Shown in pieces: positions 9,983 through 17,748 of a stretch of DNA of 64,000 nucleotides (positions are counted from its first letter, which is position 1; every line of letters begins with the position of its first letter). The notes beneath the pieces are model-generated. The model did no database searches, was not told the origin of the DNA, and worked only from the letters and a program-made list of their open reading frames with translations. The position numbers and the translations under genes were made by a program. The stretch is from positions 2,752,001-2,816,000 of the forward strand of contig OZ241869.1 of the NCBI GenBank assembly GCA_965202805.1, written 5' to 3'. Source of the DNA: Longimicrobiales bacterium. GTDB taxonomy: Bacteria > Gemmatimonadota > Gemmatimonadetes > Longimicrobiales > Gaopeijiaceae.

Positions 9983-10893
9983 CACGAGAGCGCCTGGCTG
10001 CCAGGCACCCGTCGGACGCGCGCGCCTCGGGCGCCGTCGTTCCTTTCTCCCTGGTCCTCGCGCTTCTTCTGGGCACCGGTGTCGAGGCGAGCGCGCAGCT
10101 CCCGCAAGTCTCCCTCCCCCCCGAGTGGTCCAACTCCAGCGAGTTCAGCTTCATCCAGACCCGCGGCAACACCGAATCGACGACCTTCGGGCTCGCCAAC
10201 GAGCTGATCACGGAGTGGGAGCGGACCGAGACCAAACTGGAGGTTGGAGCCCTGCGCACCAACACCACCCGCTTCAGGCGCGCCGCCATCGGCACCGCCG
10301 ACGATTATCGGATCGAAGAGGAGAGCGAGACCCGGGTTTCGGCGGAGAACTACCACATCCGCTTCCGCGGCGACCGGGAGTTCTCGGAGCGGTCGTCGGT
10401 GTTCGGCCAGCTGGGATGGGCCCGAAACACCTTCACCGGCATCGATGGCCGCTACGTGCTGGTCGCCGGCATGTCGACGCGGTGGATGGAGGATGAAGTA
10501 CACCAGCTGCGCAGCTCATACGGGCTCACCTTCACCGCGCAGGACGACGTCGTGCCCAATCCGGACGTGCGCGGCACCTTCATCGGACTCCAGGTCTCCG
10601 GCGAATACGAGATTCAGCTGACCGACAACACGGAGCTCAAGACCACGCTGGTGATCGACGAAAACGGCTTCGACCCGGCCGACCTGCGCGCGGACTGGGT
10701 GAGCACGCTGGGCGTCTCGATGAGCGAGCACTTCGGGCTCCAGGCCAAGTTCCAGTACCTCTTCGACAACCGGCCCTCGCTGGTCGACGTCCCGCTGACC
10801 ACCGCCGCCGGGGAGTCCACGGGCAAGGTGTCCATCCCCCTGGACAAGTCGGACCGGGTGCTGACCATGGCGCTGGTGGTGAATTTCCAATAG
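9976..10893 (+). CDS. DUF481-like outer-membrane beta-barrel protein
   Basis: Signal peptide (VEASA-Q), TRGNTESTT motif, amphipathic beta strands and a near-terminal Phe. Start codon is uncertain; TTG 9976 overlaps the upstream gene. Confidence 0.7.
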   Translation: MVARERLAARHPSDARASGAVVPFSLVLALLLGTGVEASAQLPQVSLPPEWSNSSEFSFIQTRGNTESTTFGLANELITEWERTETKLEVGALRTNTTRFRRAAIGTADDYRIEEESETRVSAENYHIRFRGDREFSERSSVFGQLGWARNTFTGIDGRYVLVAGMSTRWMEDEVHQLRSSYGLTFTAQDDVVPNPDVRGTFIGLQVSGEYEIQLTDNTELKTTLVIDENGFDPADLRADWVSTLGVSMSEHFGLQAKFQYLFDNRPSLVDVPLTTAAGESTGKVSIPLDKSDRVLTMALVVNFQ

Positions 10894-10908
10894 TCCGTGG
10901 ATGAATCC
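10892..10908 (+). repeat. Dispersed post-stop-codon motif AGTCCGTGGATGAATCC, copy 1
   Basis: Exact 17-nt match to the reverse complement of 33717-33733, and a 14/15 match to 16576-16590. Confidence 0.65.
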
Positions 10909-11061
10909 GCGTGGGCACCGAGAGCCGCGCGACCTCGTCCTCCATGGGGGCGAATGATCCCGACGGCGCGTTGGGCACCCCGGATTTCCAATTGCGCGAA
11001 ACCGCCGTTGGCTCAAGTTTTCAGGGCTCGCCGAAGTATCCGCTGCATGGAGTCAAGAGAG

Positions 11062-13047
11062 ATGAAGATTCGTCCCGTCGCCGCCCTCTGGTCCCTCGCC
11101 CTGCTCGCGCTCGGCGCGTCGTCCCTCGCCGCCCAGGAACCCGCGCGCATCGTCGTGGAGGAAGGGGTGCTCACCCTCCAGCCCGGTGAGAGCGGACAGA
11201 TCACGGCCAGCGTTGTCGATGCCGACGGGAACGCCGTCGATGCCCCGATCATGTACATGGCCCGGGGCGCGCGCGGGCGTCTGGACGTGAACAGAACCAC
11301 CGGCGCGGTCGAGGCCGTGTACGGGGGTGACTACCTGGTCACCCTGATGGTCGCCACCGACCGCAACATCCGCGCGGAGATGACCGTCTCGGTGCCGTAC
11401 CCGGCCCTCGACCGGGTCGAGATCTCGCCGGGCGAGAGCGGGCGCTTCTACGTGGGTACGGTGATGCGCCACCGCGCCGCCGTGTACGACGCGGTCGACG
11501 ACGTTCGCGGCGACGTGGAGCTGGGCTGGAGCACCAGCGACGAGTCGGTGGCCACCGTTGACCGTTTCGGTGTGTTCAGCGCGCACGCGCCCGGCCGGGT
11601 CACCCTGACCGCCGAGGCCGAAGGGGTCGCGGGAGAGGTGGCCTACGATGTGGTCGCGAGCCCGGTCACCTCGATTTCGCTGTCGGGGAGCCAGGAGGTG
11701 GGCCGCACCGGCGACGTGATCCGCTTCGAGGCCGCGCCCATGGCCGGCGACGAGGCCAGCGACATCCCCGTGACCTGGTCCGTCGTGCCCTACGCGGACA
11801 TCGAGGCCACCGCGGACTTCGCGCCCGCCGAGATCGACCAGCAGGGCCGCTTCGTGGCGTATCGGCCGGGCGTGTACACCGTCATGGCCACAGTGCCGGG
11901 CCACTCGGCCAACCAGACCATCCGCATCGAGCCGCGCAACGTAAGCGAGACGGTGGAGTTCATCGGCCAGGGCGCGGTGCAGGACGTTCCCACCTCCGAC
12001 CTGTGGGTGTGGGAAGGCATCGACGGCCGCGACTACGCCATCACCGGCACCTGGGGCGCCTACGGCGCGACCTACTGGTGGGACGTGACCGACCCCGCCG
12101 CCCCGGTCATGACCGATTCGCTGGTGGTGGACGCGCGCACCACCAACGACGTGAAGGTCTCCGAGGACGGCCGCATCTGCGTGATCTCGCGCGAGGGCGC
12201 CTCCAACCGGCGCAACGGCATCGTCATCGTGGACTGCTCGGACCCGCGCAACGTCGAAATCCTCTCCACCTTCGACGACGAGCTGACCGGGGGCGTGCAC
12301 AACGTCTTCGTATACGACAACCACGTGTATGCCGTGAACAACGGCGTCCGCTTCGACGTGATCAACATCGAGGACCCGACCAGCCCCCACCGGGTGGGCC
12401 GCTTCGAGCTGGACACCCCCGGCCACGGCATTCACGACATCTGGATCGTCGACGGGATCGCCTACACCTCCAACTGGGCCGACGGGGTGGCGGTCATCGA
12501 CGTGGGCGGCGGCGACCGGGGCGGCAGCCCGTCGAACCCGGTGCTCATGACCAGTTTCGCCGATATCGGCGGGGCGACCCACGCGGCCTTCCCGTACTGG
12601 AGCCCGACCGGACGCTTCTACATCTTCATGGGCGACGAGATCGGCCGCCCCGGCTTCAACGACCTGGACGCCGAGCGCACGCCCCCGCGCATGGCAGGCT
12701 ACATCCACGTCGTCGACTTCACCGACCCCAACAACCCCGAAGAGGTCGCGCGCTACGAGATCCCGGAGGCCGGGTCGCACAACATGTGGATCGACGGCGA
12801 CCGCCTCTACGCGGCTTTCTACAACGGCGGCACCCGCGTCATCGACATCTCCGGGGAACTCAAGGGCAACCTGGGGCTGCAGGGTCGCGAGATCGCCCAC
12901 TACGCCGCCAACGACCCGGACGCCTTCGTGCCCAACGCGCCCTTCAGCTGGGGCCCGCAGATCCACAAGGGCCACCTGTTCATCGCCGAGCACCACTCGG
13001 GGCTCTGGTCGGTGAGGCTGCAGCCGAGGAGGACGCTGGTTCCGTGA
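11062..13047 (+). CDS. Exported protein with N-terminal Ig-like domains and a C-terminal LVIVD-repeat beta-propeller
   Basis: Signal peptide, Big_2-like WSTSDESVATVD, and blades such as GIVIVDCSDP, GVAVIDV, GVHNVF, GIHDIW and GSHNMW. Confidence 0.8.
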   Translation: MKIRPVAALWSLALLALGASSLAAQEPARIVVEEGVLTLQPGESGQITASVVDADGNAVDAPIMYMARGARGRLDVNRTTGAVEAVYGGDYLVTLMVATDRNIRAEMTVSVPYPALDRVEISPGESGRFYVGTVMRHRAAVYDAVDDVRGDVELGWSTSDESVATVDRFGVFSAHAPGRVTLTAEAEGVAGEVAYDVVASPVTSISLSGSQEVGRTGDVIRFEAAPMAGDEASDIPVTWSVVPYADIEATADFAPAEIDQQGRFVAYRPGVYTVMATVPGHSANQTIRIEPRNVSETVEFIGQGAVQDVPTSDLWVWEGIDGRDYAITGTWGAYGATYWWDVTDPAAPVMTDSLVVDARTTNDVKVSEDGRICVISREGASNRRNGIVIVDCSDPRNVEILSTFDDELTGGVHNVFVYDNHVYAVNNGVRFDVINIEDPTSPHRVGRFELDTPGHGIHDIWIVDGIAYTSNWADGVAVIDVGGGDRGGSPSNPVLMTSFADIGGATHAAFPYWSPTGRFYIFMGDEIGRPGFNDLDAERTPPRMAGYIHVVDFTDPNNPEEVARYEIPEAGSHNMWIDGDRLYAAFYNGGTRVIDISGELKGNLGLQGREIAHYAANDPDAFVPNAPFSWGPQIHKGHLFIAEHHSGLWSVRLQPRRTLVP

Positions 13048-13150
13048 GGGACGCGGGAGGCGGTCGGCGCGCCGGCTGCGACGCCGCCGGGCGTACGGGC
13101 GACGCATCGGGCTCCCGCCGCTGGCTGCAGAGGTTCCCCGTGAGGGCGGC

Positions 13151-14296
13151 ATGATGTCGCGCCGGCTCGCAACCCTGGCCGCGGTCGCTGCCGCTCTGTC
13201 GGCCGTCGTCGCCTCCGCCTCCGGGCCGAAAATGGCCCACGCACAGTCCTACCGTGCGTACGTGGCCGCCGAGTCGGAGGACGAGGTCGCGGTGCTCGAG
13301 TTCACCCCCGAAGGCGGGCTCTCGGTGCAGAAGACGATCCGGGTTGGCCGCTGGCCCGCCGAGATCGAGGGCCCGCACGGGATGTTCTTCGACCCGTCCG
13401 GCGAATACTGGTACCTGACGCTCGGGCACGGCTTCCCGAACGGCTACCTGCTCAAGTACGAGACCGGCCCCGACACCGTCGTGGCCGCCACCGAACTCGG
13501 CTTCTTCCCGGCGACCGTGTCGCTCACCCCCGACGGTGTGCTGGCCTTCGCGGTCAACTCGAACTTCTACGGGGACCACGTCCCGAGCACGGTGTCGGTG
13601 GTGGACACCGAGGAGATGTACGTGATCGAGGAGGTCACCACGTGCACCATGCCGCACGGGTCGCGCATGTCGCCGGACGGCATGCACAACTACTCCGCCT
13701 GCATGATGGACGACCAGCTGGTCGAGATGTCCACGTTCTCGCTGGAGGTGACCCGGCGGCTGAACCTGGTGACCGGCGAGCTGGTCGCGGATCCGGTGGC
13801 GCACGGCGCGGGGATGGGCGGCGGGGGGATGAGCGGCGCCATGGGCTCCGGCATGGCCGCCTGCTCCCCGACCTGGACCACCCTCTCGGGCGACGGACGC
13901 TTCGTCTACGTCGCCTGCAACCGCGGCAACGAGATCGTCCAGGTGGACGTCGAGTCGTGGAGCGTGGCCCGGCGCATCCCCGCCGACGGCGCGCCCTACA
14001 ACCTGGCTCTCACCCGCGACGGATCCCGCCTGCTCGCGACCCTCAAGGGAAGCGGCCATCTGGCGGTGTGGGATCTCGACACCGGCGAGCAACTGGCGAA
14101 GATCGAAAACACCCAGGAGGTTACCCACGGGGTCGCCGTGACCTCGGACAACCGCTTCGCCTTCGTCACCGTCGAAGGGATCGGGGGGCAGCCGGGCATC
14201 GTCGAGGTGATCGACCTCGCGAACTACAAGCGCGTCGGGATGGCGGAGATAGGCAAGCAGGCCGGCGGCATCACCCTGGTTCCCGGAGCCGGCTAG
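13151..14296 (+). CDS. YncE/YVTN-type beta-propeller protein with a Met/Gly-rich insert
   Basis: Signal peptide, AYVAAESED, repeated PHG/TPDG/VSVVD blades and HGAGMGGGGMSGAMGSGM. Confidence 0.8.
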   Translation: MMSRRLATLAAVAAALSAVVASASGPKMAHAQSYRAYVAAESEDEVAVLEFTPEGGLSVQKTIRVGRWPAEIEGPHGMFFDPSGEYWYLTLGHGFPNGYLLKYETGPDTVVAATELGFFPATVSLTPDGVLAFAVNSNFYGDHVPSTVSVVDTEEMYVIEEVTTCTMPHGSRMSPDGMHNYSACMMDDQLVEMSTFSLEVTRRLNLVTGELVADPVAHGAGMGGGGMSGAMGSGMAACSPTWTTLSGDGRFVYVACNRGNEIVQVDVESWSVARRIPADGAPYNLALTRDGSRLLATLKGSGHLAVWDLDTGEQLAKIENTQEVTHGVAVTSDNRFAFVTVEGIGGQPGIVEVIDLANYKRVGMAEIGKQAGGITLVPGAG

Positions 14297-16566
14297 TGGC
14301 CGACAACACCACACCTCCCTACCGCTGGGCGGCCGGGGTGGCGGGGGCCGTGTTCCTCCTCTACGCGGCGACCGTGGCTCCCACCACGGCGTTCTGGGAC
14401 ACGAGCGAGTACATCGCCACCGGGCACATGCTGGGCATCCCCCACCCCCCGGGGAACCCGCTCTTCGTCGTGCTGGCCCGCGCCTGGGACATCCTGCTGG
14501 CTCCGCTCGGCCTCTCGACCGCGGTCCGCATCAACCTCTTCTCGGCAGCGGTGAGCGCGGCCGCCCACGGGTTCTGGTTCCTCGTCGTCCATCACATCCT
14601 GCGCTTCTTCTCCTCCGACCGGCGCTTCCGGCTGGTGGGGGCGTGCGCGGCGGTCCTCATCAGCGCGACGGCGTTCACGGTCTGGAACCAGTCGAACGTG
14701 AACGAGAAGGTCTACACGGTCTCCCTCCTTACCATCGCCCTCCTTACCTGGCTCACCTTCCGCTGGCAGGAAAACCTCGGAAAGGGAAGGGAAGACAACC
14801 TGTTGGTATTGATGGCGTTCATCATGGCGCTCTCGGTGGGCAACCACCTCATGGCGCTGCTGGTGCTGCCGTCCCTCTTCCTCTTCATTCTCGCCGTGCG
14901 CGCACGCACGCTGCTCAACCCGCGCCTGTACGCGACCTCGCTGGTGGCGGTCCTCCTCGGGCTGAGCATCCACCTCTTCCTCCCGATCCGCTCCGGGCTG
15001 GACCCGGTCATCAACGAAGGGCAGCCGACCTGCGAAGGGGTCTCCGACGCGCTGGTGAGCATCGCCACCTACGGCAACGCGGGATGCGAGGAGCTGTCGT
15101 CGGCGCTCAAGCGGGAGCAGTACGCCAAGCCGCCGCTCGTTCCGCGACAGGCGCCGCTCTTCGCCCAGTACGGCAACTGGATGCAGTACTTCGACTGGCA
15201 GTGGGCCCGGGGCGTGGCCTTCGCGGACAACCGGTTCCCGTTTCGCCGGCTCGTCTTCACGCTGATCTTCCTGGCTTTGGGGGCCTTCGGCCTGCGCGAG
15301 CACTATCGGAAGGACCGTGCCAGCTGGCTCTATCTGGCTTCACTCTTCGGCATCCTCTCCGTCGGGCTGGTCTACTATCTGAACTTCAAGCTCGGCTATT
15401 CCTTCCCCGACCAGGGGATCGAGAAGGAGGTGCGCGAGCGCGACTACTTCTTCATCGTCGGCTTCTCGGTCTGGGGCCTCATCTCGGGGATCGGCCTCGC
15501 GGGCCTGTGGAGGTCGCTGTCGAGAAACCTGGGGTCGATGAAGATGGCCTCGCCGGTGCTCCTGCTGGCGCTGGTGCCGCTGGTCCTCAACTTCCAGCGC
15601 GCGAGCCGGACGGACGATTACTCCGCGCGCGACTGGGCCTATAATCTGCTCATGAGCGTGGAGCCGTACGCGCTCATCTTCACCAACGGCGACAACGACA
15701 CCTTCCCGCTCTGGTACCTGCAGGAGGTGGAGGGCATCCGGCGCGACGTCGTCGTGGCGGTGACGTCGTACCTGAACACCGACTGGTACGTGAAGCAGTT
15801 GCGGGGCCTGAGCCGTCCCTGCGGTCCCGGCGAGGACCCGGACGCGGACCCGACCCGCATCGTCTGCCAGCGTCCCTACACGCCGGTGGGCACGGCGGCA
15901 CTGTACACCGACAACCCGGCCTCGGCGCAGGCCGCGGGGCTGGTGCCGCTGGTCCTGCGCGAACCGATCTCGCCCCCGGCGCTACCGGTGGTCAGTCCGC
16001 AACTGACCGACGACATGATCGACCAGGTCGTCATGACCGGTGTCGCGCCGCTTGCCGAGGATCGCAGTTTTCGCCTGGGTCCGGTCACGGCCACGGTCGC
16101 GCAAGGCCGCCTGATGCAGCCGTGGATGCAGTTCGCGCTGTCCTTCATCGCCAACTCCATCGAGGACCGGCCCATCTACTTCGCCTCCGCCGTCGGCGCC
16201 CCGGAGAACATGGGGCTGCGCAGGTACATCGTCAGGCAGGGGGTGGCCTACAGACTCTGGCCCGGAGACCCGGCGCCGCTCCAGGGCCAGGGGATCGCCC
16301 AGGTCGGCGACCCGAACCGGCTGTCGGGGATCGGCGTCTGGGTAGACACCGAGCGCACGCGAACGCTGGTGGACGAGGTGTACGTGCACCGGAGCGGCCT
16401 TCCAGACGGATGGGACTACTGGCGCGATCCCAGCAGCCTGGGGATTCCCACCTACTACGCCCTCGCCTACTTCGCCCTCTACCGCGAAGCCGGCCTGCGC
16501 GGCGACTCGGCAACCGCCGCCAGGATGCTGGAGCGGATGGAGGCCTGGAACGAGCTGGGGCTCTAG
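14296..16566 (+). CDS. DUF2723/TMEM260-like multi-pass membrane glycosyltransferase (GT-C fold)
   Basis: GTG overlaps the upstream TAG. FWDTSEY, HPPGNP, EVRERDYF and FTNGDNDTFPLWYLQEVEG motifs, with many TM segments. Confidence 0.88.
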   Translation: MADNTTPPYRWAAGVAGAVFLLYAATVAPTTAFWDTSEYIATGHMLGIPHPPGNPLFVVLARAWDILLAPLGLSTAVRINLFSAAVSAAAHGFWFLVVHHILRFFSSDRRFRLVGACAAVLISATAFTVWNQSNVNEKVYTVSLLTIALLTWLTFRWQENLGKGREDNLLVLMAFIMALSVGNHLMALLVLPSLFLFILAVRARTLLNPRLYATSLVAVLLGLSIHLFLPIRSGLDPVINEGQPTCEGVSDALVSIATYGNAGCEELSSALKREQYAKPPLVPRQAPLFAQYGNWMQYFDWQWARGVAFADNRFPFRRLVFTLIFLALGAFGLREHYRKDRASWLYLASLFGILSVGLVYYLNFKLGYSFPDQGIEKEVRERDYFFIVGFSVWGLISGIGLAGLWRSLSRNLGSMKMASPVLLLALVPLVLNFQRASRTDDYSARDWAYNLLMSVEPYALIFTNGDNDTFPLWYLQEVEGIRRDVVVAVTSYLNTDWYVKQLRGLSRPCGPGEDPDADPTRIVCQRPYTPVGTAALYTDNPASAQAAGLVPLVLREPISPPALPVVSPQLTDDMIDQVVMTGVAPLAEDRSFRLGPVTATVAQGRLMQPWMQFALSFIANSIEDRPIYFASAVGAPENMGLRRYIVRQGVAYRLWPGDPAPLQGQGIAQVGDPNRLSGIGVWVDTERTRTLVDEVYVHRSGLPDGWDYWRDPSSLGIPTYYALAYFALYREAGLRGDSATAARMLERMEAWNELGL

Positions 16567-16653
16567 CGGCCGCCGGTGGCTGAATCCGCGCGCGCGCCCG
16601 CCCCTGCCATCACAGCCTGCTCCCTACCCAGGGTCTCGAGGCGGTCAGGAGCG

Positions 16654-16676
16654 GACTTAGTTCGGTGGACTAAGTC
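16654..16676. repeat. AT-rich inverted repeat GACTTAGT-N7-ACTAAGTC between convergent genes
   Basis: Perfect 8-bp arms with spacer TCGGTGG; related to 40306-40332. Confidence 0.75.
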
Positions 16677-16682
16677 TATTCT

Positions 16683-17666
16683 CTAGACCGTTCCCTCCCG
16701 CACCCCCTTGTCGAGCAGCGCCACCAGCGCCTGGATGGCGTCCACGCTCGGAGTCGGCACCCCCACCAGCCGGCCGAGCTCACCCACCACGCCGATGATG
16801 GCGTCGATCTCGAGCGAGCGGCCCGCCTCGACGTCCTGGAGCATCGAGGTCTTGTGCGCGCCCACGCGCTCCGCGCCCGCGATGCGCCGGTCGATCCCGA
16901 CCCGGAAGGTGATCCCGAGCTCGCCCGCCACCTCCTGCGCCTCCTCCATCAGCGTGCGCGCCAGTTGCCGTGTGAGCGGGTATTGACAGATGTCCACCAG
17001 CGTCGCGCGGGTGAGGGCGCTGATGGGGTTGAACGAGAGGTTGCCCCACAGCTTGAGCCACATCTCGGCGCGGATGTCCTCGATGACGAACGACTTGAAG
17101 CCGGCGCGCCTGAGCGTGTCCACCAGCAGCTGCGCGCGCTCCGTCCGCGAGCCGTCGAGCTCGCCGATGGGGAAGCGGTTGCCCTCGGTGTGGCGCACCA
17201 CCCCGGGCGCGGCGATCTCGCCCGCCGGGAAGGTCACGGTGCCCACGATGTGATCGACGTCGATGCTCTCGGCGAGGATGCCGTCGGGGTCCAGCGTCTG
17301 CAGCCGGTGCCCGGCGAACGGGCCGCCGTGCTTCTCGAAGTACCACCAGGGAAGCCCGTTCTGAACCGGGACGACCATGGTCCCGGAACCGAGCATGCCG
17401 CGGACCCCCGGAGCCACCGCCGACAGCACCTGCGCCTTCACCGCCAGAATGACGAGGTCCTGCTCGCCCACCCCGTCCATGTCGCCGCGGGCGTCGAGTT
17501 CGGCATGATGCTCCGACCTGTCGGCCATGATCAGCTTGAGCCCGCTCCGCTGGATGGCCTCCAGGTGCGGGCCCTGATCGATGACCGTCACATCCTCCCC
17601 CGCATTCGCGAGCTTCACGGCGAGCAGCCCGCCGATGGCTCCCGCGCCCACCACGCAGATCTTCAT
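16683..17666 (-). CDS. Ketopantoate reductase (PanE/ApbA) family oxidoreductase
   Basis: GAGAIGG, LAVKA, QNGLPWWYF, WLKLWGNLSFN and TSMLQD motifs. Confidence 0.9.
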   Translation of the reverse strand: MKICVVGAGAIGGLLAVKLANAGEDVTVIDQGPHLEAIQRSGLKLIMADRSEHHAELDARGDMDGVGEQDLVILAVKAQVLSAVAPGVRGMLGSGTMVVPVQNGLPWWYFEKHGGPFAGHRLQTLDPDGILAESIDVDHIVGTVTFPAGEIAAPGVVRHTEGNRFPIGELDGSRTERAQLLVDTLRRAGFKSFVIEDIRAEMWLKLWGNLSFNPISALTRATLVDICQYPLTRQLARTLMEEAQEVAGELGITFRVGIDRRIAGAERVGAHKTSMLQDVEAGRSLEIDAIIGVVGELGRLVGVPTPSVDAIQALVALLDKGVREGTV

Positions 17667-17748
17667 TCGGTCGTTTCCATGTTGGGGTTGTGCGTGCACG
17701 CGCTCTGCCGGCGCGCGCTTCGTCTTCGTCGCCCGTCTTCGTCGCTTC

